This document shows, one piece after another, positions 1-19,500 of a stretch of DNA of 64,000 nucleotides. The translations under genes were made by a program, and so were the position numbers. This DNA comes from the human T2T-CHM13v2.0 reference genome, Homo sapiens. The notes below the pieces were generated by a model. That model searched no databases. It saw only the letters and a list, made by a program, of their open reading frames with translations, and was not told where the DNA came from. Each line of letters starts with the position of its first letter. Within the stretch, counting starts at the first letter, position 1. The stretch lies in assembly GCF_009914755.1 (NCBI RefSeq), contig NC_060946.1; one strand, written 5' to 3'.

Positions 1-83
1 AGCGACCTTGGTCAAGTGGTTTAACCTTTGTAAGCCACAGCTTCCTCCAATGCAAAAACAAAGCTAACAATAATACCTACCTA

Positions 84-441
<358 letters not shown>

Positions 442-520
442 GGAAATAATACATAAAAACTGCTGTACCCAGTGCCTGGTACAGAATAAGTGCTCAAAAT
501 ATGAAAGTATTTCCACTCCT

Positions 521-2176
<1,656 letters not shown>

Positions 2177-2226
2177 CTCCTCTTTCATGCCATTGACCCT
2201 ACCCCAGCCCCACGCTCTATCCTTAC

Positions 2227-2302
2227 CTCGGAGCCAGCGCAGGAGGAAGTAGTCATCAGGATTGGGCAGCGCAGATAGCACATCTTGGATGTTCTCCCGA
2301 AA
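2227..2302 (-). CDS. SEC14L6: SEC14L6 coding exon 2 ([25 protein letters not shown]; CRAL-TRIO N domain); gene continues left of the window
   Basis: 76-nt exon with a pyrimidine tract + CAG acceptor and a GTAAGG donor. It is in phase with exon 1 and carries the [10 protein letters not shown] family motif. Confidence 0.92.
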
Positions 2303-2494
2303 CTGAGGACAGACAGGGAGAGACCTGGGTCAGAGGCCAACCACCCTCGGTCCTGCAGGTCTCAACTGTCCTTGAGGAAGGGGATGTCTGAGTGAAGAGG
2401 TCCCACTCGGGCTGGGAGGATCAGGGTCCGGGTCAAGCCATAACAGTTTGTTTCCTCCGTCTTGAAAATGGGATGATATAAAGAACAAACTACA

Positions 2495-2815
<321 letters not shown>

Positions 2816-3826
2816 TTAAATGTGGATTAAACACAGAGAAGGTTTACAAGCCTGACTCAGGGATGTGGGGGCAGGGAGGGGCCCTCTTTAGTGCCCTGAT
2901 CTTCATCCTTAGGAAGCCTTCAGGCCAGGTCAGGTGGGAGGATAAAGTGCACAGAGTCTGAGGCTCAGAGAGGTTGAGCAACTTGCCTAGTGTCACACAG
3001 CCAGTGAGTGGCAGAGCCAGTTGCCTGATTCTAGAATTGCAATAAAGATAATTGAGATCTTTAAACTGAATTTGTCTTAATTTTGTCTTTGACCGTTCCC
3101 TCCCACACTTAAGCAGGGCTGAGCTGTGTACCTGATAGGTTAGGGTTGAAATGATGGACTGTGACTTAGAAGCCTTCAATGTAAAGACATGGTTTGGCAC
3201 CCATCAGCCACGCCCAAGTGAGGGGTGGCTTGACCTGGCCTGGGAGTTGGTTAGGACAGTTCAGCTGGCCCTGGGCCCACCCTGCAGGGTCTGAGAGCTG
3301 AGAGGCCACTCCTGGGTGGATGTCATTGACTGTAGGCTAAAGCCAGCCTCCAACACTGATGAATATGGTAAGGAAAAGAGCACCGGACAAAGAGTCAGCA
3401 GGTCCCACTGTGGCCTTGCCTGAGTCACTCCCCTCTCTCTGGGTCTTATTCTCTTTGGGCCCCAGATGGATCCTCAAAAGACTTTCCTTGGCCCCCCACC
3501 AAAAATGGACTGATAACCTTTGTCTAAAGGAATATGAAAGAGGGTTTGGCCTTGGGCTAAGCCTTAAATGAATCCTGACATGACACTGCCATTATACCAA
3601 TTCGCTAAGTGAGGAAACTGAGGCTGGAAATGGTGATGCACCTTCTTAGCCAACATGAGCAATTTTTATTTCAATTTCTGACTTCAATTGTCTTTTAAGA
3701 GGGTTATCTCAGGTCTAAGCAGAATGTCCTTTTCCTGATGCAGAACACTGCCCCTCCTTTTTGTTCCTTTTTTTTTTTTTTTTTTTTTTTGAGTATTGTA
3801 TTTTGAACTCATGGGCATTAAGATCA

Positions 3827-5258
<1,432 letters not shown>

Positions 5259-5578
5259 TTCCTGTTCACTCTCATGGACAAAAAACAAATTATCTGGTAT
5301 TGCTATACATCAGCAACACATTCAGCCATTTTCTAAGGAAATGGGTCAAGTTACCAACACACAGCTTTACACACACTACCTTGAGGAAGAAAACCAAGAA
5401 CAGGCACAGGAGAAATTGTGCCTGTTCTTGGCACCGAAGGGCAGGACGCGAAAGGGCAGGCCGGTGGGCGGGGACGCCCGGCTCAGACCCCGTCCCCAGC
5501 CTGGACCTGGGCCCCACCCTGCCCACACCGCGACCCTCCCCATCCGTCTCGCGACCCTACCAGAAAGTCCACTCCAGC

Positions 5579-8345
5579 TTTTCCTTCACCTCGGCACGGC
5601 TCTGAAAGGATCGGTCCCCTCCGGCCCGCACCCACCCCCAAGAGGGGCCTTCAGCTTTGGGGCTCAGAGGCACGACCTCTTGGGGAGGGTTAAAAGGCAG
5701 ACACCCCCCCACCCCCGCGCCTCCACTCCCCGACTCCTTCGCCGCCTCCAGCCTCTCGCCAGTGGGAAGCGGGAGTAGCCGCGCGGCCGGAGTCCGGAGG
5801 CGAGGGGAGGTCGGCCGCAACTTCCCCAGGCCACCTTAAGAGGACGATGTAGCCAGCTCGCAGCGCTGACCTCAGAAAAACAAGTTTGCGCAAAGTGGAG
5901 CGGGGACCCGGCCTCTGGGCAGCCCCGGCGGCGCTTCTAGTGCCTTCCAGCCCTCGCGGGCGGCGTAGCCGCGGCCCATGGAGCCCGCGGGCCGGTCCCC
6001 GGCCGCCTCGGGCCGCTGCTCTGCCTGCTGCTCCCCGCGTCCTGCGCCTGGTCAGGAGTGGCGGGTGAGGAGGAGCTGCAGGTGATTCAGCCTGAGAAGT
6101 CTGTATCAGTTGCAGCTGGAGAGTCGGCCGCTCTGCAGTGCACTGTGACCTCCCTGAACCCTGTGGGGCCCATCCAACGGTTCAGAGGAGCTGGACCAGG
6201 CCGGAAATTAATCTACCATCAAAAAGAAGGCCACTTCCCCCGGGTAACAACTGTTTCAGATCTCACAAAGAGAACCAACATGGACTTTTCCATCTGCATC
6301 AGTAACATCACCCCAGCAGATGCCGGCACCTACTACTGTGTGAAGTTCCAGAAAGGGAGCCCTGACGTGGAGTTGAAGTCTGGAGCAGGCACTGAGCTGT
6401 CTGTGCGTGCCAAACCCTCTGCCCCCGTGGTATCGGGCCCCGCAGCGAGGGCCACACCTGACCACACAGTGAGCTTCACCTGCGAGTCTCATGGCTTCTC
6501 ACCCAGAGACATCAGCCTGAAATGGTTCAAAAATGGGAATCAGCTCTCAGACTTCCAGACCAACGTGGACCCCGCAAGAGAGAGCGTGTCCTACAGCATC
6601 CACAGCACAGCCAATGTGGTGCTGACCCGCGGGGACATTCACTCTCAAGTCATCTGCGAGGTGGCCCACGTCACCTTGCGGGGGGACTCTTTTCGTGGGA
6701 CTGCCAACTTGTCTGAGACTATCCAAGTTCCACCCACCTTGGAGGTTACTCAACAGCCCATGAGGGCAGAGAACCAGGTGAATATCACCTGCCAGGTGAC
6801 GAAATTCTACCCCCAGAGACTACAGTTGACCTGGTTGGAGAACGGCAATGTGTCCCGGACAGAAACGGCCTCAACTCTTACAGAGAACAAGGATGGCACC
6901 TACAACTGGATGAGCTGGCTCCTGGTGAATGTATCTGCCCACAGGGATGATGTGAAGCTCACCTGCCAGGTGGAGCATGACGGGCAGTCAGCGGTCAGCA
7001 AAAGCCATGACCTGAAGGTCTCAGCCCACCTGAAGGAGCAGAGCTCAAATACCGCCGCTGAGAACACTGGACCTAATGAACAGAACATCTATATTGTGGT
7101 GGGCGTGGTGTGCACCTTGCTGGTGGCCCTACTGATGGAGGCTCTCTACCTCGTCCGAATCAGACAGAAGAAAGCCCAGGGCTCCACTTCTTCTACAAGG
7201 TTGCATGAACCCGAGAAGAATGCCAGAAAAATAACCCAGGACACAAATGATATCACATATGCGGACCTGAACCTGCCCAAGGGGAAGAAGCCTGCTCCCC
7301 GGGCCGCGGAGCCCAACAACCACACAGAGTATGCCAGCATTCAGACCAGCCTGCAGCCTGCGTCGGAGGACACCCTCACCTATGCTGACCTGGACATGGT
7401 GCACCTCAACCGGACCCCCAAGCAGCTGGCCCCCAAGCCCGAGCTGTCCTTCTCAGAGTATGCCAGCATCCAGGTCCCGAGGAAGTGAATGGGACCGTGG
7501 TTTGCTCTAGCACCCATCTCCATGCTCTTCCTTGTCCCACAAGGAGCCGCCATGATGAGCACAGCCAGCCCAGTTCCCGGAGGGCTGGGGCGGTGCAGGC
7601 TCTGGGACCCAGGGGCCAGGGTGGCTCTTCTCTCCCCACCCCTCCTTGGCTCTCCAGCAGCCACGGCCCCCTCTCCCCACATTGCCACACACCTGGAGGC
7701 TGACGTTGCCAAACCAGCCAGGGAACCGACCTGGGAAGCGGCCAGAACTGCCTGGGGTCCAAGAACTCTTGTGCCTCCGTCCATCACCATGTGGGTTTTG
7801 AAGACCCTTGACTACCTCCCCGATGCTCCGAAGCCTGATCTTCCAGGGTGGGGAGGAGAAAATCCCAGCTCCCCTGACCTCCACCACCACCACCACCACC
7901 CCTCAACTGGGGCTTGAGTGGGGAAGATTTCCCCTTTAGATCAAACTACCACTTCCATGGAAAAGCTGGAAAAAAACTCTGGAACCCATATCCAGACCTG
8001 GTGAGGTTGCTGCCAACAGTCCTGGCCTCCCCCATCCCTAGGCTAAAGAGCCATGAGTCCTGGAGGAGGAGAGGATCCCTCCCAAAGGACTGGAGACAAA
8101 ACCCTCCGCTTCCTCAGGTCCCTCCAAGACTCCCTGGGGCCCAACTGTGTTGCTCCACCCGGACGCATCTCTCCCTTCTAGACCTGAGCTTGCCCCTCCA
8201 GCTAGCACTAAGCAACATCTCGCTGTGGGTGCCTGTAAATTACTGAGAAATGTGAAACGTGCAATCTTGAAACTGAGGTGTTAGAAAACTTGATCTGTGG
8301 TGTTTTGTTTTGTTTTTTTCTTAAAACAACAACAACGTGAAAAAA
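5579..8345 (+). pseudogene. SIRPAP1: Processed pseudogene (retrocopy) of SIRPA
   Basis: Intronless SIRP-alpha sequence with 5'UTR, IgV-IgC1-IgC1, TM, four Tyr motifs and 3'UTR. Short A tail at 8340-8346. 17-bp TSD AGAAAGTCCACTCCAGC at 5562-5578 and 8346-8362. The parental ATG (5978) is out of frame with the 6058-7488 ORF. Confidence 0.95.
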
Positions 8346-8685
8346 AGAAAGTCCACTCCAGCGCCCGGTCGCCACCCTTCTTTGCCCCGGGAACCCCATC
8401 CCGGCACCTCCCACCCCGCATACACCACCTACCCCATGCAAAACCCTATGATGGCAGGAATCGAGACCTCCAAGGACCCGTCGTTGCCTCCATGCTCATG
8501 GAACCGTGTGAGTCTTCCTGGACCCCAAGCTTGCCGTGTGCGACCACGAAGGAAAGACCCTAAGGACCTTCAAGGGACTCCTCCCAGGCTAGAGACGAAA
8601 ATGCACCCTGTTCCTGCCTCCTCCAGCTCATAGCTGAGGACGTGACCTGCCAATGCAGCCTCCCCAGCAGGCCAGCAGCCTTCAC

Positions 8686-9885
<1,200 letters not shown>

Positions 9886-10033
9886 GTGTAGCCTCTGGCT
9901 ACCAAGCCCCTCAGGGTTGGGAAGAGACCCAGAGCTGGAGAGTTCAGAAGAAACTCAGGGACCTTGAGTCCTGCCCTTCCCCGTGGCAGAAGGAGAAACT
10001 GAGGCTGGTGTAGGAGTCTCTCCCTTCACTCAC

Positions 10034-10087
10034 CTGGGCCAGCGACTTCTCCTGCGATGGGCTCAGGTCACCCACTTGTCCACTCAT
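10034..10087 (-). CDS. SEC14L6: SEC14-like lipid-binding protein 6, coding exon 1 (MSGQVGDLSPSQEKSLAQ)
   Basis: ATG at 10087-10085, 54 nt, followed by a GTGAG donor. The peptide matches the SEC14L2/3/4/6 N-terminus. An in-frame upstream ATG lies at 10096-10094. Confidence 0.9.
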
Positions 10088-10809
10088 GCTGCCCATGAAT
10101 GGGTCCAGGCTCCACTCTGTGGCTCCCTCCAGGTGGCCTGCCTTTTGCCAGCTGGTAGCCATGCCCACATTTATCACCACCCAGAAATCCCACTACTTCC
10201 TGTGAGCCTCAGGGCAACAGGTGGGGCTCATTCCTTACTAGGTGCCTCAGGCATGGGGCCCTGGATTCAGCCTGCCCTGGGTTCACATCCTCACTTGCAA
10301 AATTAGGACAGCGATGTTTCCTCGGAGCGTTGATGACATGTTGAAATTGACACCACCTGATTTCACACACACACGGAGGCGGCTGTTCACCCTGCCTCTC
10401 AGTCCCCTACCCTCTACTCCTGTGGTCCCATCGGATGCCTCTTTGAGCCAGGAGAAGTCATCTCTCACCCCCAACAGAGGCCCGGAAGTCACTGTCATCA
10501 TGCCTTCACTCTCATCCCAGGCTTCATCTACCACCTGACATGTCCAGAGCAACTGCCCATGATTCATCCCAGATGTTAAGGCACATGGCTTCAGGGTTGA
10601 GGATGAAACTTCCCAGGCCCAGACCCAAACAGGTGGATTTGCAATCCTGAGCTGGGCCACACTTGGCCTGGGAGCCAGGATGAGAGGTGAGGAGGGACTC
10701 CTGGCTACATCTGCCCCCACCACCCACTGGACAAGCAGAAAGCCAGAGCCCAAGGTGAGGACACATGAGATCACGCGGTGTGCACGGGGCCTGGAACACA
10801 GTAGTTATT

Positions 10810-11235
10810 TGTAGTAGTCTGGGTTGCCCTGAAACAAGGAGTTCAGGGCAAGTTTATTAGGGAGGTGTCCTGAGAAACACAAGTAGGGAAGTGTGGAAAT
10901 GAGACAGAGAACGGAAGGCAGCTGTATAGGCCTGGTTATCAAGGAAGTACAGAAGAGCTCAATCCCAGTGGGGACTTCTGGGAGACAGCAGGGAACCTGC
11001 CCATCAGCGTTTCCTTGCCTGAGTGGGGAGGGAGCTGGGGTATTTATGCAGCATCTCGGGACAGTCTTCAGTTGAGGGCTGCTCCAGGGGCTGTCAATTC
11101 TGCTGGCACTGCTGGCCTGCTGTGCACACAATTCAGAAGGCTGGAGAGCGTACTTAGGCAGAGAAACACAGGTGCTGCTGCTGGGGAGTAGTGAGGCTGA
11201 GGTGATACAGGCAGAACATCACCAGCTTTAGCTCT
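10810..11235 (-). mobile_element. Old ERVL LTR (LTR16-like)
   Basis: Resembles the LTR16 family pattern; recalled, not aligned. Confidence 0.45.
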
Positions 11236-11682
11236 AATCAGAAACCGTTTGCTGGGCTCCATGTCAAGTTCTAGTCCAAAGGCTTCATGTGCTCCTTGAG
11301 CCCCAGACTGTTCTTCCCTACCTGACAGAGCCTGGAAGAGGGAAGCAGCATGCCTGGGGCCATACAGCCATGTAGTAAGTGACAATCAGGACTATCTGGA
11401 CCTGGTGCTTACTCAGGACATTGTATCCCACATGCCTGGCTCCTGCCAGAGGCATGCACATAGGTGGCCTTACTAAGTCCCAGGAGAGTCCCCCTTAGCC
11501 CTGGAAGAGGGCAATGAGCAGATCTGCCTCTTCTACAGGGTGGGGCCTCCCCAGTACCCCACACACTGCAGGCTGGAGCTTGAGCCATAAGGGGTAAAAT
11601 CAGGAACTCTCCCCTACTCTTGTCTCCTCCCACTGGGTCCCTGCTCCCAGCACCTCTGGCCCATCTTCTTCTTCTTCTTCCT

Positions 11683-12782
<1,100 letters not shown>

Positions 12783-13373
12783 GATTCACCAAAGGTAGTC
12801 TGGCAATGGAAGCTGGGATGCCCCAGAGCAAGCATCACCCAGGATCCCTGACTCTACCTGTCACTGTCAAAACTACCTGGTCTGTGCCCCATTCCAGTGT
12901 CACACGGGTTTTCACCCACTGAACTCATTCCAGTGCACGTCTGCATTGGGTAATGTGCTGTCTTTGCCAGGGAAATGGGGCCCCTGTCAGTTACAAATAG
13001 GCTCTGGAAGGCCCTCCGCCCTCTCTCCTTCTCCCTTCCCCCCTTCATGTCCCCCCTCCTTCTTGTCTTCCTTCCTTTCTATTTTTAATCTTGTGTTCCT
13101 CTGTCTTTCAACATTTATTAAAAGCCTACTGTGTGCCAGGCACTGGCCTAGCCCTGGAGGCCAATTGTGCCAATGCGTCCTGGTCCCTGTCCCAGAGGAG
13201 CCCACTCCAGGGGGCTCGCAAATCAGCAGTTGCATCCTGAGTGGGCAGAGCCCAGATGGGGAAAGAAAGAGAAAAAGAAATAAAAGAAAGGGCGAGTCTG
13301 CTGGAGAGAGGCCAGGTGGGGATCCAGGCAAGGTGGAGAGGCTGGACCTAGCGCAGAGGTGGGGCGTAGAGAG

Positions 13374-14404
<1,031 letters not shown>

Positions 14405-14831
14405 GAGGAACAGATGGTTCCACTGACTTTCTCACAGGGGACAGCCCTGACCGCTGTTCTGGCTTTCACACATCAGGTCAGCGGATACCAACCCAGCCAC
14501 GAGTCAGGGCTGACGGCAAAGCCCTTTGTAGACCCCATACTTTTTCAGGGTGGACTGTCCATCAGTCCTGAGGCTGAGGTGGCCAACTTGGAATGGTGCT
14601 GCAGGTCTGGAGCCCTGGAGCCCCGGCCTTGGTGTCAGACCTGCCTGGGTATGCATCCTGCCTCAGTGGCTGCCTTGCTCTGTGACCCTGGCAGAGGCTG
14701 GTTGCACAGCTTCTTTGCATCTCAGTCACTTCCTTGGGGGAGCAAAAGGGATCGCCCATGTTTCCACATTGCACAGGGCTGGACGTAGGGCTCAGTACCC
14801 CATGATCACTTATTAAAATATAAATTATGTT

Positions 14832-15840
<1,009 letters not shown>

Positions 15841-16076
15841 ACTCTTCTCTATAACAAAACCAAAGGTGGGAGCAATTATCTCATGAATTTGGGATCAGTA
15901 ACATCTTTTCCTATGAATAGTCTCAGCTACTGTCAGTGGTTTTTTTTCCCTTATTTCTCTCCATATGAATTAAAGGTCTCATGCGTGTGCTGCAAACAAT
16001 ATTATTTCTTGCCACAAAGAACATTATGAAAGTGCCGGCAGTGGCTCTAAGGGATTGGTGGGGTCAAACCTCTCTC

Positions 16077-16186
16077 AGGGTGATGGACTGTCCTGATTGC
16101 CTGGGACAGAGGGGTTTCCTCGAAAATAGGAGTTTCAATGCTAAAACCAGGATAGTTCCAGAAAACTGGGATGGTTGGTCACCCTA
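16077..16186. mobile_element. MER94-like MITE
   Basis: Inverted ends AGGGTGA...TCACCCT. Confidence 0.6.
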
Positions 16187-18067
16187 ACTCCTCCTCACTC
16201 TACTCAGGCCAGAAGTTCACTCCTAGGAGGCAATAACCCAAGCCCAGTGAGAGGTTAATAGCTGACTGGTATGGGTTTGAATTCTGACTCTGGCACTAAT
16301 TTGCTGTGTGACTTTGGGTAAGTCACTTAACCTCTCTGAGTTTTAGTCTAAAAGCTGGGAGGCTGAATATATTTGGATAAGGTATGCAAGCACTTGGCCT
16401 GGAACCTGACACAGGTCTCAAATAAAGAGTCTAAAATAAAGAGTCTCAAATAAATAGGTCTCAAATAAAGAGTCACTTGAAGCCAGGCATAGTGGCATTC
16501 TCCTCCAGCTACTCAGGGGAGGCTGAGGCAGGAGGATCGCTTGAGCCCAGGAGTTTAAGACCAATCTGGACAACATAGTGAGATCCTGTCTCAAAAAAAA
16601 AAATTAAAAAGAGTCACCTGACTTTGGTTTCTGCCATTCAGGCCTGGATGCCAGCTCCTAGCTGGAAGACTGAAAGTCCTGTGCCCCAGGACTTTCTCTC
16701 CCACTGGGGATGCTGAATGAGGCCAGTGGTTAGAGCTGGGTGTGTCCACATCCTAGTCAGTCACACCCAGCCTGCATTGGTTTCTTGGTGGCCATCTTCC
16801 CCACTGGATATGAGCCCCAGGAGGGATTGGCCAACTTGTTTTTTGTTGGTGGTGGTTTTTGTTTGTTTGTTTGTTTTTGTAGAAATAGGATTTTGCCATG
16901 TAGCTGAAGCTAGTATAACTCCTGGGCTCACTAGATCCACCCACCCCAACCTCCCAAAGTGCTGGGATTATAGGCAGGCACTAATAGCAAGTTGGCTAGC
17001 TTGTTGACTGCTGTATGCTCAGAGCAGCTCAGGGCTGGGGGGCACAACAGGGATTTGGTGGATACCAAATTTTTTTTTGGATTAATTGAATGGAATCTCA
17101 CGGTGGAGCAGGGAAGCCCAGGGCTTTTGTTGGGGCAGAGTATAGGCAGGTGTGGGAGGTGGCCTGGGATAGGGGGGCAGAAGTAGGAGGGGCAGGTAGA
17201 GACAGAGTGAGGCAGGCTAGGAGCCAGGGACCAGTAGGGGTGGAGGGAGAGGGTGGAGGAGGGGAGAGACAGGCACTGGAGATGGGAAGGCTTTGGGGTC
17301 CCTGGGAGATGGTTTGAGTCCCTGGTCTGATACGTCCTGCGACGTGACCTCAGGCAAATCCCTTCCCCTGTCCAAATGTCCGTTCCCACATCTGTAAAAT
17401 GGGACGGTAATTATAACGACCTCAGTTATTGTGAGGAGTAATGAAGTCTGTGCAAGAAGCCCTTAGCCTGGGCCCAGGGCCTGTTGGCAATGCCCTACTG
17501 AGTGGCCCCACCCCTGCCACCTCCCTGTCTCTTCCTCCCTCTCTCTCTCTCTCTCTATTCTGATCCGGCCACACCCTCTACCCGCCCAGCCCCCTACTCT
17601 AGTCCTACCACTTGCTGTGTGATCTTGGTGAAGTGATTGTCCCTCTCTGAGCACCCTTCATTGTCTCTAGCATGAGACAATAACAGTCCCCAGGTCGCTG
17701 AGTTTTGGTGAAGATGGGTTGAGATAATGCCCTTAGCCTAGTGCCGGGCACACAGTCAGAGTGAGTAACTGTTGTACTCCGTTGTACTCCTTAGGATGAT
17801 CACACACACATGCACACATGCACACACGTGCACACAAGCGCACACATACACACGCGCTTTTCCAGGCCTTGGTAGCTCATGGGAGTCCCTGAACCATATA
17901 GAACTATAGCATATAGCAAATAACACATCAAATCCCTGCCACCCCATTGGGCTCTGCCCACAGACTCACCCAGGCACCACTGTGGTCTCTTGGGTTCCCC
18001 CCACCCCAACCCCCACCCCAAGTCACCACCACTGAGGCTGATTAACAAAAACACAACATCAAATTCC

Positions 18068-18142
18068 TTTACTTCTGAGGTCTCCCCTTTAAGGGGAGGC
18101 AGAAATAGAACATTCTTTATCGGGGAGGGAAAGGGGTTTAAT
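18068..18142 (-). terminator. GAL3ST1: GAL3ST1 polyadenylation signals (ATTAAA 18142-18137, AGTAAA 18073-18068)
   Basis: Hexamer variants 220-290 nt past the stop codon, followed by a GT/T-rich downstream element. Confidence 0.6.
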
Positions 18143-18359
18143 AAAAACTGGTATAATTAGTTAAATACTGATCTCGGTTAGGCCCTCTCTGTGTTCATGG
18201 GCCCAGTCTTGGCTGGCTGCCTCCCCCCAGGGAGCCCCCCCTCACCCCGGGGTCTGAGGTGGCACCAGGAGGGGGCTGGGGGCGGCCAGCACCAGCGGCG
18301 TCCTGCTCAGCCCCTCTGCAGGGAGCGAGCAGGCAGGCAAGCCGCTGGGCGGTGGGACG

Positions 18360-19500
18360 TCACCACCGCAGGAAATCGCGAATGAACTTCCAGAGCTTGG
18401 TGACCCACAGGTTGGCGCCGAGGTCCATCAGGTACTGGATCTCGGGCGTGAGCATGCGCCGGCAGAGCTGCGCGTGCCGCTGCCCGATGCTCTTCTTGAG
18501 GTTGTAGCCCAGGATGGACTTGGTGCCCAGCGGCTGCCAGGGCTGCATGGCCTCGTCCTGGATGGCGGCGGCGTCCACGGCGTGGCCCCCGTCGATGCAG
18601 ATGGTCCGCATGCGCTCGTTGGCATGGCGCAGGGCGGCCACCTCGCGGGCCATGCGCTCCCGCCCGAAGGCCTCCACCTTGCGCCAGAAGCTGGCGTTGA
18701 AGTGGCGGTAGAGGTGGGAGTCCAGCATGTTCCAGGCGGTGGCGCGCCCATACAGCTCCCCCGAGAGCCGCGGCACGGGCGAGTCGCGGCGGGCGTTGAG
18801 CTTGAAGTAGAGCACGTCCTCCAGCTCCCAGCACAGCAGGTCCTTCAGCAGCACCAGCGACTCGTCGAAGTACTCTTGAAGGAGCACCAGGTGGAAGCGA
18901 CGCTCCACCTCCAGGATGTGCTCCTGCACCTGCGGGCTGCTGGGGTCCAGGCTGTTGTCATAGCCCAGGTCGAAGAAGAGCAGGTTTCGGAGGTAGTGGG
19001 CATTGAAGCCGTTGGGGTCGTAGTAGCGATCCGGGTCTTGCAGGAACTCGGTCAGCTTGTCGCCGGCCGAGAGCTTCCACGTGAGGGGCACCACCGGCCC
19101 GAAGTAGTGGAAGGAGGACTCGAACAAGCGGGCGGGGTCGCGGAGCACCGTGATGAAGATGGCGTTGGTCGGCACCAGGCCGCGCACCTCGTCGTAGTGG
19201 AAGCGCATGTGGTTGCAGATGATGTTGAAGCAGGCCCCGGGCCGATAGTCCTGCACCAGGCTGCGGGCGAAGAAGGTCGGGTAGTCGAAGTCATTGCGGC
19301 CGTTAGGGAAGGCGAACTTGAGCCGGTGCTTCTGGCCGAAGCGGAACAGGATGTTGAGCAGGGTGCTGCTGGCCGTCTTGTGCGTCTTCAAGAACACGAT
19401 GTTGCGCCGCGGCTGGCACTCCCCCGCCGAGCCGTTGGCCCGGATCACTGCCTCTGGCTCGAGTGCAGGTGGAGAGCAGGACGCTGCGGCCTCCGGGGTC
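18360..19500 (-). CDS. GAL3ST1: Galactose-3-O-sulfotransferase 1 (cerebroside sulfotransferase), last coding exon
   Basis: ORF 18360-19448 contains the PAPS-binding motifs FLKTHKTASST and TVLRDP. Acceptor CAG at 19501-19503. 1141 nt + 131 nt = 1272 nt = 423 aa + stop. Confidence 0.97.

Noticed and set aside
6058-7488. Calling the 476-aa ORF a bona fide SIRPA gene
   Set aside because: It is intronless with a TSD and A tail, its GTG start is an internal Val codon, and the true ATG is frameshifted. Annotated as a pseudogene.
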